From: Sedimentisphaera cyanobacteriorum
GTDB lineage: Bacteria; Planctomycetota; Phycisphaerae; Sedimentisphaerales; Sedimentisphaeraceae
Assembly (NCBI RefSeq): GCF_001997385.1
Contig: NZ_CP019633.1
Coordinates: 810,001-842,000, forward strand
Direction: 5' to 3'
Length of the DNA: 32,000 nucleotides
Below, piece by piece: positions 25,026-32,000 of this stretch (positions are counted from its first letter, which is position 1; every line of letters starts with the position of its first letter). A program made the translations under genes and the position numbers. Below the pieces are notes generated by a model that was not told the origin of the DNA, did not search any database, and was given only the letters and a program-made list of their open reading frames with translations.

Positions 25026-26282
25026 TCATTTCTCAGTAATTTTTCGTGCAGACTCTCTTGCTCTTTCGATAATTTCGGCCTCGCCGTTTACTTTTCCTGC
25101 CTGCATGAGAATTTCCCCATTGCATATAACGGTATCTATGCAGGAGGAGTCGCAGCTGTAAACAATATCAGATACAATATCGTATCCGGGTGTCATAAAA
25201 GGGCTTTTTGTATCAACCAATATGCAGTCTGCCGGCCTGCCCTTTTCAATCACTCCGCCATCAAATCCGTAAGCGGCTGCCCCGTTTCTTGTGGCAAATT
25301 TGAACACCGCTTCAGAGCTGAAAATCTGAGTGCATTCGAAGCTGTGTTTTGCCAGAAGCGAGGCAAATTTCATCTCCTCTATCATGCTCAAATTGTTGTT
25401 TGAAGAGCAGCCGTCGGTACCGAGGCATATCGAATCAAGATAATCAGCAAATAAGCCTGCCCTGAATGCCCCGCTCGAGAGCTTCATATTAGACACGGGA
25501 ACATGTGCTATTTTCGCTCCTCTGCGTTTAACCAGTTCGGCATCTTCGTCTGTCATATGAACGGAATGAACAGATACTGTTTTCTCAGTGAGAAGGCCTA
25601 AAGAATCCAAATACTCAAATGGAGTGAGCCCTGTTTCGCTTTGGCAGTCTTTCACCTCCTTTTCAGTTTCAGCAACGTGTATCTGTATCGGATACTGCAG
25701 CTGCTTGGCCATCTCGCTTACCTTCCTGAGGGTGCTTTCCTTTGCCCCGTAAACAGAATGAGGCATAATGGCTGGAATCAGCAGCTCGCTGAAGCTGGGG
25801 AGTGAATTGTAAAATCTCTCAGCCTCTTCAAACTGCGGCTTTGTGAGCGAATCGTCAAAGGCATCAAGAAAGATAGGCCCTGCGCAGCATCTGAGCCCCA
25901 TTTCCGTGATCGTTCTTGATACTTCCGGAAAATGCCAGTACATATCAGCAGCAAAAACTGTCCCCGTTTTTATCATCTCAAGGCAGGCAAGACGCGTGCC
26001 TGCGATAATATCATCCAGAGTAAATTTTGCCTCCATAGGCCAGATATAATTCTGGAGCCAGTCGAAAAGCTCTCGGTCGTCTGCGTAGCCCCGAAGGAGT
26101 GTCATTGGTGAATGGGTGTGGGCATTATAGAACGCGGGCAGAACGGCCAGATTAGTGCAGTCTAAAACGGAATCCGCATTGGAGTATGCCGGCGCATCAA
26201 GCGATTTGAATATGCCGTCTTTTATTAGGATATTACTGAGCGACTGGTCTAATACTGCATTTTTCAAGAGAAGGCTCGACAT
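25026..26282 (-). CDS. mtaD: Amidohydrolase-superfamily nucleoside deaminase (MtaD-type 5'-methylthioadenosine/S-adenosylhomocysteine deaminase family)
   Basis: Motifs: FYNAHTHSPMTLLRGYADDRELFDWLQNYIWPME, IHVAETEKEV, SVHSVHMTDED, AHVPVSNMKLSSG and LGTDGCSSNNNLSMIEEM. All metal-binding and catalytic motifs appear present. Confidence 0.85.
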   Translation of the reverse strand: MSSLLLKNAVLDQSLSNILIKDGIFKSLDAPAYSNADSVLDCTNLAVLPAFYNAHTHSPMTLLRGYADDRELFDWLQNYIWPMEAKFTLDDIIAGTRLACLEMIKTGTVFAADMYWHFPEVSRTITEMGLRCCAGPIFLDAFDDSLTKPQFEEAERFYNSLPSFSELLIPAIMPHSVYGAKESTLRKVSEMAKQLQYPIQIHVAETEKEVKDCQSETGLTPFEYLDSLGLLTEKTVSVHSVHMTDEDAELVKRRGAKIAHVPVSNMKLSSGAFRAGLFADYLDSICLGTDGCSSNNNLSMIEEMKFASLLAKHSFECTQIFSSEAVFKFATRNGAAAYGFDGGVIEKGRPADCILVDTKSPFMTPGYDIVSDIVYSCDSSCIDTVICNGEILMQAGKVNGEAEIIERARESARKITEK

Positions 26283-26284
26283 AT

Positions 26285-27355
26285 CTACACCGAATAGTTT
26301 TGAGTTTCCAAAAATTGCTTAACTTCCTCTGAAATGCAGCTTCCTGCAATTGTCTGTTTTATCAGCATCCTCTCTATATCATCAGGCGGAGATACAAGCC
26401 CAGAATGAAACTCGCTTCTCTGGAGGACAAATGCACCATAGTTATGAAGTGCAAGCGTTGCATCGATATATCTCAATCTTGTGGGTTCGCCCAGGATGAA
26501 ATTCAGCGGCTTCTTTTCGTTGAGAACCCGGTAAGGGGGGATGTCCGGGCCGTATTCATCTTCAGCACCCATATTTATCAAGAAAGCTCTGCTGCTGGTA
26601 AACACATCTGCATCGTAGCTTTTGCTTATAACGCCTTTAATCCCCGTTACTGTAACAATGAAGTCTGCCTCAGCAGCAGCTTCGTGCACAGAGCCTTTGT
26701 CTTTGAAGTCTATAACGGGATATTCGAACTGTTCTTTCCGTGATTCATCCTCCACGAGCACCACTTCAGCCCCCTCGTCTGTGAGTCTTCTGCAAATACC
26801 AGCGCCAACCTTCCCGCATCCGAAGACAAGGTAAGTTTTCCCGGAAACGGGAAGCTCCTTTTCTTCAAGGCTTCGCATAAGCCCGTCTGCTGTACCCAGA
26901 TAATCCTCGAAGTACTTTATAATGCTGCTGTCAACACAGAAGCAGGGTTTAGAGCTGTTTGTGTAGTAATACTCACCAGACTTGGTAAGTTCTGCAAAGC
27001 CGAGGCGGGCATCTAATTGGTGGTAGGCCCCGGCGCAGTCGAGAATGATGTCAAAATCCTGTTTCAAATCTGTTCCGCTGCGGACTTCAAGCCCCATATC
27101 TTCCAGCATTCCAACAACCTGCGGGTTGTATGGGCAGTTTTCGTGCAGACCAACTGTAACCTCTGCGCCCGCGGCCAAGAGTGCTGCAATCTTGGGGCAG
27201 GTATTTCTGAATACCGGACTGCCTTCAAGAATTCGAAGGCCTTTCAGAGGCTGGGATGTCTTCCAGTTTTCATACTGAGAGAGAAGGCAAACGAACTCAT
27301 CGCTTCTGTATGAGGATTCTAACTGTTTTATGAGTATATCTGAGCTGCTGGGCAT
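26285..27355 (-). CDS. S-adenosylhomocysteine-hydrolase-like NAD-binding protein; short, with degenerate catalytic motifs
   Basis: 356 aa. It is collinear with SAHH: PLKGLRIL..., AGAEVTVGLHENCPYNPQVV, DIILDCAGAY, VDSSIIKYFEDYLGTADG, the Rossmann motif GKTYLVFGCGKVGAGICRRL, ADFIVTVTGIKGVIS and LINMGAEDEYG. GGAG RBS. Its stop lies 2 nt before the mtaD start. Confidence 0.65.
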   Translation of the reverse strand: MPSSSDILIKQLESSYRSDEFVCLLSQYENWKTSQPLKGLRILEGSPVFRNTCPKIAALLAAGAEVTVGLHENCPYNPQVVGMLEDMGLEVRSGTDLKQDFDIILDCAGAYHQLDARLGFAELTKSGEYYYTNSSKPCFCVDSSIIKYFEDYLGTADGLMRSLEEKELPVSGKTYLVFGCGKVGAGICRRLTDEGAEVVLVEDESRKEQFEYPVIDFKDKGSVHEAAAEADFIVTVTGIKGVISKSYDADVFTSSRAFLINMGAEDEYGPDIPPYRVLNEKKPLNFILGEPTRLRYIDATLALHNYGAFVLQRSEFHSGLVSPPDDIERMLIKQTIAGSCISEEVKQFLETQNYSV

Positions 27356-27373
27356 TGTTTCTCCATCTTAAAT

Positions 27374-27405
27374 CATAGAATTAAAGTGTAAGTCATAATT
27401 CTATG
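27374..27405. promoter_or_regulatory. 9-bp perfect inverted repeat CATAGAATT-N14-AATTCTATG upstream of the SAHH-like/mtaD pair
   Basis: Arms at 27374..27382 and 27397..27405, 19 to 50 nt upstream of the ATG at 27355. There is no convincing U-tract on the minus strand, so an operator or a 5'-UTR hairpin is more likely than a terminator. Confidence 0.3.
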
Positions 27406-27463
27406 GTTTTAAGACATTTTTTCAAGCAGTTAAAATCGTAAAAGCGGTTTATGCAGCTTTGGC

Positions 27464-28363
27464 TTAAGTATGAGCCTGCTTCTTCAGCCTGAAATACAAA
27501 CACCCGAGTCCCAGCGTTAATATTGAAGCAGGTTCGGGGATGGCCATTATGTCATTTATCTGGCCGCTGTATTGTGAGAGGTCTGAATAAAAGCTCAAAT
27601 TGCCGTAAACGCTTGTCCTGTCCGGCTGGCCGTCGTAAGTGGCAATAGCATGAGCAATTCCAGCAAGCTCCCACTCGCCATTTTTGACGAAAAGGCCGGA
27701 GCCCGAATCATGATCTACTGTTATTCCATAGTCCGGCATATCTTCGAAAGATGTGGCAAAACCCTCTATGCCATTGAAATCAGCGTCTGATTGATAAACT
27801 TCCTCAAATGCCCATCTCTTATCTCTATCAGCCTCCCAATAATAACCTTGTCTTTGGGTATCTGACGGATTCCCCTCTGTTGACCAAACTCCAGTTTGCC
27901 TGTCGATATACCAAGTAGTTTCCGTTGAAGAGGTTTGGCCGTCGCCTGTTCCGATATGAGTTGCCTGAGTTCCAGCAGAAGGAACGCTTGAGGCTATAGG
28001 CGTTGGAGAAAGCCCGCTTAAATTGCCTGCTGAGGTGTCAACTCTGAACATATAGAGGTCTATTTTAGAAGTCTTCTCGAGATTATCCAGCTGAACTCCG
28101 TATTCCTCGCCTGCCATCTTGCTGTAGGTGGCATCCCCGTCAACAGTAAAATATGTCTTGCTGCTTAAGTGGTTGGCCGTTATCACCCAGCCATTCCCCA
28201 GATAAACGCCTGACCCGTTTGTCCCTACACTACCTGAGCGAGCCCAGCCCGGGTCGTCCGAGGGAGCTGTAAGATGGCCTGAATCGCCGCCTGATATAAC
28301 AATTCCAAATGATACATTTGCAAATAAAAGTAAAGCAGCCGTAAAAAATGTTAATCTCTTCAT
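27464..28363 (-). CDS. Secreted trypsin-like (S1-like) serine peptidase domain protein with a PEP-CTERM anchor
   Basis: Signal peptide: MKRLTFFTAALLLFANVSFG. GWVITANHL is a His-motif context, KIDLYMFRV a candidate Asp context, and VDHDSGSGLF a GDSGG-like Ser motif. C-terminus: IPEPASILTLGLGCLYFRLKKQ. GAGGAA RBS. Confidence 0.7.
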   Translation of the reverse strand: MKRLTFFTAALLLFANVSFGIVISGGDSGHLTAPSDDPGWARSGSVGTNGSGVYLGNGWVITANHLSSKTYFTVDGDATYSKMAGEEYGVQLDNLEKTSKIDLYMFRVDTSAGNLSGLSPTPIASSVPSAGTQATHIGTGDGQTSSTETTWYIDRQTGVWSTEGNPSDTQRQGYYWEADRDKRWAFEEVYQSDADFNGIEGFATSFEDMPDYGITVDHDSGSGLFVKNGEWELAGIAHAIATYDGQPDRTSVYGNLSFYSDLSQYSGQINDIMAIPEPASILTLGLGCLYFRLKKQAHT

Positions 28364-28453
28364 TATTAATTCCTCAATTAAAAGCCTTTCGTACTACTTT
28401 ACTAAATTTACTCAAAACTTTCAAGTAATATCTCTATAGGAAGGCCGAGGTAT

Positions 28454-28483
28454 AAAAAAAACCTTCCGGCCGAAACCGGAAGG
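28454..28483 (-). terminator. Rho-independent terminator of the GH43 gene
   Basis: On the minus strand: CCTTCCGG-tttcgg-CCGGAAGG followed by TTTTTTTT, beginning 13 nt after the stop at 28496. Confidence 0.8.
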
Positions 28484-28495
28484 TGGAGAAAACAA

Positions 28496-29650
28496 TTATT
28501 CATCGAAATAGGAAAGACCCCATTCGGTCTGCCATTGAACGATAATCTCGTTATCTTTTATCTGCGCAGGCAGCCACATATATCTGCTGTCTATCTGGTT
28601 TGAAGGCCTCCACACATCAAACATAGCTATAAATGCATTTCGTTTGCCTTCCACAGGGAGTATGTAGGTGCTTTGTCCGCCGAAGGTTTTGATTGAGCCT
28701 ATATCGTTATGCGGATTTTTGCCCTTGCACGGATTGCCAAGAGCCTTCCATTCGCCCATAATATTGCCTGCTCTAAATGAGCGTGCTGTGTTTGGAGCCC
28801 AGCCTGAACATCCCGAGGCAATAAGGTAGTAGCTTCCTTCATACTTGCATATTGCGGGGGCCTCGTTGTATCCGCCCGGCCGAGCTCTGGTGTATCTGCC
28901 TGTAAAATCTTGATAGTCATCGGTGAGCTCAGAGATGTGAAGGGTCGAATTATCTTCTGCGGAATGTATATGATAGGCCTTGCCGTTATCATCAACGAAA
29001 ACCGTCATATCTCGGGACATCTGCCCTTCTTTGAAATCTCTTCTTAATACAATTCCCTTTTCAAGCAGAGTGAGCCAGTAGTCCCAGTCTGATTCCTCTT
29101 TAAGCTTATTGAACTTCTTATCACTGATGGGTTTCTGCCATTTTTTGGGGAAATGAATCGGCCATTGCCCGGCATTCGGGCGGAATGACCTGATATACTC
29201 AAATTCGCCTGTCGGATTATCGGAAACTGCCAGCCCTGTTCTTGCTGCGCTGTAGCCTTGGCCTTTCAGCTCCAGATGGAACCACATTACAAAATTATCA
29301 TTCATTTCGTTGTATATTACCTTCGGCCTTTCGATGATGCAGCCCTTCTCGATATCGTGGCCTTCTTTTTCAAACACTTTCAGAGCAATCCCCTCATCCT
29401 TCCAGTTGTAAAGGTCTTCTGAGCTGTAGCAGTGAACTCCCACATGAGCCTTATTGCCTGCCTTGCCGGCGATTTTATGCTCGCCGTAAAGATAATATTT
29501 TCCGTTGTGATGCAGCACCCCTGCTCCGTGAGCATTCAGATGCACGCCATTATTATCCGGTTTTTTCACGTAGGGTTTGAAACTGTCCGCCCCATTGGCT
29601 GTGAAAACAAAAGCTGCCAAGACAGCAAACGCAATCATACGATACTTCAT
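28496..29650 (-). CDS. Exported GH43-family five-bladed-propeller glycoside hydrolase (subfamily 24-like, exo-beta-1,3-galactanase type?)
   Basis: I prefer the ATG at 29650 (MKYRMIAFAVLAAFVFTANG), which has AAGGGA 6 nt upstream, over the ATG at 29665. Motifs: NAHGAGVLHHNGKYYLYGE, IIERPKVIY, SRDMTVFVDDNGKAYHI and NEAPAICKYEGSYYLIASG. The subfamily call is from memory and is weak. Confidence 0.75.
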   Translation of the reverse strand: MKYRMIAFAVLAAFVFTANGADSFKPYVKKPDNNGVHLNAHGAGVLHHNGKYYLYGEHKIAGKAGNKAHVGVHCYSSEDLYNWKDEGIALKVFEKEGHDIEKGCIIERPKVIYNEMNDNFVMWFHLELKGQGYSAARTGLAVSDNPTGEFEYIRSFRPNAGQWPIHFPKKWQKPISDKKFNKLKEESDWDYWLTLLEKGIVLRRDFKEGQMSRDMTVFVDDNGKAYHIHSAEDNSTLHISELTDDYQDFTGRYTRARPGGYNEAPAICKYEGSYYLIASGCSGWAPNTARSFRAGNIMGEWKALGNPCKGKNPHNDIGSIKTFGGQSTYILPVEGKRNAFIAMFDVWRPSNQIDSRYMWLPAQIKDNEIIVQWQTEWGLSYFDE

Positions 29651-29671
29651 AAAATTCCCTTTCATAATAGT

Positions 29672-31006
29672 TTATTTGGCCTTATTTTCTGAAGCTTTGA
29701 GTATTTCCGCTGCAAAGCCTGAAACCCCTTCAGGCCCCTGAATATCTCTTCTTGCAAGCGTGTCAAGACTTCTCGCTGTAACTATATTTCCCGACCTGAC
29801 AACAGCGGATTCAGTAATAAACCGCCCGCCGTATTTTTTTACAGAGCCTCTAACACCGATACTTCCGGATGCCTTTACACCTCCTGAAAGCACCCCTGAC
29901 CTTGCCAATACGCCTACAGCATAGCCATAAGCCGCAACTGTCTTGTTGAGCTGGTCTGCCTCGTACATTATATCCATTACAAGCTCATCGTTTCGGTAAA
30001 CCCTAGATGTAATGCTCCCGTCGAGAAAAACGAGCGTGTCATAATCCCTTACGGATAAATTATTGATAAGAATATCCGGGCTCATTTTTATTCCGTCTGA
30101 GTTTCGGAATTCATTATCCGGCGCGGCAACATAACACTTTGCATCGGATATCTGGAAGATATTTTTTAGCCCGTTTATGATCCTTCTGTCCGCCCCTCTT
30201 TCGGGAACAATGATTGCTATCCTCAAATTCTCCTGCTTCTTTGGCTGCTCCTTTTCGCTGGTTTTCTGCTTTTTGGCTGGTTCGTCTTGTTTCAGAGTCT
30301 CAGGGCTGATCTGGAAATTGGAATTTTTCAGCTTACCCAGAGATAACATCATTACCGGCTCAAACCCCGAAGGCATCTTCAAAAGCGAGCGAATCTTGCG
30401 CTGTTCCAAATCCGGCTCGGCTTTTACACCCAGGCCAATCGAATTAGCTGCAAGCTCCATATTCTGAGCGATTCTGCCAGCCTCAATAAACAGAAATTTC
30501 CTTCCCTCTCGCGGCCTTCTCACGCCTGCTAGCTTGGGAGAACCTGCGATTAAAAAGTTGGCAGCAGAGATATAGCCATCTTTATCTTTATGTTTGGTTG
30601 CGCTGAAAAGGCGGCGTTTTATATTGTCGTCCACTATCTTCCCGAGTGCATTTTTTTTAGGAATATAAACGAACGCCCCATCTCTATTTACCAGATAGAT
30701 TAGCACAGGGTAAGCATTATCGAAAGATTCTACTGTTCTGCGTTTGTCTTCGCTGTAGCCGTAGCCTAGCTTGAGAATGTGCGAGAGCTGATTTATGGTA
30801 AATTCCTGCCTAGTAAAAACAACTTCTCCGCCGCGTTTTTTGAGGATTTCTTCAAGGGCGATATCGGGTGTGGAGATGCTGCTCAACTCAATTGTGTCCA
30901 GCACTCTTCCGCCTCGGTAGAAGTCTTTATCTACTTTTCGCACTTCTTCAAATGCTGAAACCGATGAGATAACAAGAAGAATAAGTGAAAAATTTTTGAG
31001 AATCAT
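29672..31006 (-). CDS. Exported fusion protein: nitroreductase-fold (SagB-like) domain, Lys/Glu-rich linker, and a DJ-1/PfpI-like domain lacking the nucleophile Cys
   Basis: Signal peptide: MILKNFSLILLVISSVSA. Strong RBS GAGGTGAT. N-terminal half: FTINQLSHILKLGYGY...YPVLIYLV...FLFIEAGRIAQNMELAANSIGLG. Linker: QDEPAKKQKTSEKEQPKKQEN. C-terminal half: RIAIIVPERG...YDTLVFLDG...KTVAAYGYAVGVLARSGVL...GNIVTARS. Confidence 0.6.
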   Translation of the reverse strand: MILKNFSLILLVISSVSAFEEVRKVDKDFYRGGRVLDTIELSSISTPDIALEEILKKRGGEVVFTRQEFTINQLSHILKLGYGYSEDKRRTVESFDNAYPVLIYLVNRDGAFVYIPKKNALGKIVDDNIKRRLFSATKHKDKDGYISAANFLIAGSPKLAGVRRPREGRKFLFIEAGRIAQNMELAANSIGLGVKAEPDLEQRKIRSLLKMPSGFEPVMMLSLGKLKNSNFQISPETLKQDEPAKKQKTSEKEQPKKQENLRIAIIVPERGADRRIINGLKNIFQISDAKCYVAAPDNEFRNSDGIKMSPDILINNLSVRDYDTLVFLDGSITSRVYRNDELVMDIMYEADQLNKTVAAYGYAVGVLARSGVLSGGVKASGSIGVRGSVKKYGGRFITESAVVRSGNIVTARSLDTLARRDIQGPEGVSGFAAEILKASENKAK

Positions 31007-31032
31007 ATATCACCTCTGTAAAAGTGTTTGGT

Positions 31033-31038
31033 ATTATA
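31033..31038 (-). promoter_or_regulatory. Candidate -10 box (TATAAT) for the nitroreductase/DJ-1-GH43 unit
   Basis: The minus strand reads ctgTATAATacc, 26 nt upstream of the ATG at 31006. A weak TTTAAT sits 17 nt further upstream. Confidence 0.3.
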
Positions 31039-31100
31039 CAGAGAATACGAAATTAATTAAAAACAGTTTACAGCAGTTCTGCTCTGTTCTTTTTATTCTA

Positions 31101-31127
31101 TAAAAAAAGGCGTACAGATCTGTAAGC
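31101..31127 (-). terminator. Probable Rho-independent terminator of the GLUG-repeat gene
   Basis: The minus strand reads GGCTTACAGATCTGTACGCC, an imperfect palindrome centred on AGATCT, followed by TTTTTTT. It begins about 25 nt after the stop at 31153. Confidence 0.5.
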
Positions 31128-31152
31128 CCTTTAATACTTAAAACTAATTCAT

Positions 31153-32000
31153 TCAGTTAAGCCAGTTTGAAGCAAAGCCCAGCAAGTCTGAATTTGTTAA
31201 GTTTCCCTCTTTCCACAAATTGGCAAAATGCACAAAGTCTTTAATGTCCACTTTCGAATCACCATTAAAATCGCCAAGAACTATCATCTTAACAGGCAGA
31301 AGAACATCGTATTCTAGCGAACCTGAAGACAGCACAATGTCTGCTTCATAAACCCCCGCTAACATGCCGTCAGGATTCAGAGTTACATCAAGCTTTTTCT
31401 TTGGCTCAGATGTGTTTAGCTCAAAGCTTGCAGGTGATGCTGAGATCCAGCCGCTGCCCTCAGAATATTCCACAGTTATCTGACAAGACAAGCTGCCTTC
31501 CCCATCCATTTCTGCCTGAGGCTTGAATATTGCAGTACTGCCTGCGATCAGAGTTTCTGTATAGCTGGATGGGTTGAAGCTAACTGATACCTGCCAGCCG
31601 AACTGTGGATAACTGCCGTCTATCCTCCAAGTATCAGCAAAATCCCAGTGTTGGAAGGTTGCCTGAGTTTTCATTTCTGATGTAGTTTTGGCCAGTCCGC
31701 CGTCGCTTTCTTCACCTGTAAGGCCGGAAGTATCCTGATCAAAATATGAACCGGAAATGACAGAATCGTTTTTACCCGTAAATCCGCCTTCATAAAGAAC
31801 GTCTGTTACAAAATTTGGGTCTGAAGCATAATCGCTGGCGGAGGAATCAGCTAAAAGGCCGCCATCAACTTGGCCTGCTGAATAGCTTCTGGATATACTG
31901 CCTGAATTCAGTCCGGCAAATCCGCCTGCATAACTGTGCGAGAAAACAGAAGGCTGATTTTCTGCTGATTCAACAAAATCTGATATTGAGAAGCTGCCCG
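31153..32000 (-). CDS. C-terminal part of a large secreted GLUG-motif (beta-helix repeat) protein with an Ig-like domain and a C-terminal dockerin-like tag; the 5' end lies beyond the right edge
   Basis: The track reports only 31153..31674. My manual translation shows the same frame stays open from 31675 to 32000: ...SYAGGFAGLNSGSISRSYSAGQVDGG...EGGFTGKNDSVISGSYFDQDTSGLTGEESDGGLAKTTSEMKTQATFQHWDFADTW. This is the GLUG-type repeat followed by the typical SYWD..TSG....GG.GKTT.EM...TF..WDF ending. C-terminus: GDFNGDSKVDIKDFVHFANLW...FASNWLN. Confidence 0.7.
   Translation of the reverse strand, partial: GSFSISDFVESAENQPSVFSHSYAGGFAGLNSGSISRSYSAGQVDGGLLADSSASDYASDPNFVTDVLYEGGFTGKNDSVISGSYFDQDTSGLTGEESDGGLAKTTSEMKTQATFQHWDFADTWRIDGSYPQFGWQVSVSFNPSSYTETLIAGSTAIFKPQAEMDGEGSLSCQITVEYSEGSGWISASPASFELNTSEPKKKLDVTLNPDGMLAGVYEADIVLSSGSLEYDVLLPVKMIVLGDFNGDSKVDIKDFVHFANLWKEGNLTNSDLLGFASNWLN

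Noticed and set aside
31153-31674. Treating the 173-aa ORF as a complete small gene
   Set aside because: The frame is open upstream to the window edge, and the upstream residues continue a GLUG repeat that spans the putative Met. The Met is therefore internal.
1-32000. CRISPR arrays, tRNA/rRNA genes, IS elements, integrases, prophage or toxin-antitoxin modules
   Set aside because: I scanned the intergenic regions (277..383, 5824..6168, 16976..17100, 23893..24074, 24804..25025, 27356..27463, 28364..28495, 31007..31152) and the ORF list. I found no direct-repeat arrays, cloverleaf-capable GC-rich segments, or transposase/recombinase motifs.

Overview
The window is almost fully coding: about 26 protein genes, 23 of them on the minus strand. 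I found no rRNA, tRNA, CRISPR array, transposase or integrase.

Lineage: several markers point to a PVC-superphylum genome, probably Planctomycetota/Phycisphaerae-like. They are a DUF1559-type prepilin-like protein, PEP-CTERM tails, dockerin-like DFNxDGxVDxxDF tags, and an ECF sigma paired with a FecR-type anti-sigma. This is inference, not proof.

Layout:
- Left (1..5823): housekeeping and unknown genes. A Memo-like fragment, purE, a plant-type PFK, folP, a DegT-family aminotransferase, and a 514-aa protein whose C-terminus looks like an HPr phosphocarrier domain.
- Centre (6169..23916): the main feature. A co-directional ~15.7-kb array is headed by an ECF sigma/anti-sigma pair. It encodes exported GH66-like, GH31, six-hairpin (GH15/GDE-like) and GH13 enzymes, a ROK glucokinase, a non-catalytic Ig/LamG/dockerin protein and an embedded pseudopilin. 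A convergent secreted CBM48-GH13 lies alongside. I read it as a dextran/alpha-glucan utilisation locus with no recognisable transporter.
- Right (24075..32000): two PEP-CTERM proteins (one trypsin-like), an MtaD-type deaminase coupled to a degenerate SAH-hydrolase-like protein, a GH43, an exported nitroreductase-fold/DJ-1-like fusion, and the 3' part of a large GLUG-repeat protein that runs off the window.

Method limits: several ORF-track starts are TTG/GTG extensions, and I moved them to downstream ATGs that have Shine-Dalgarno-like sequences. All family calls come from motif recognition by eye; no searches were run.
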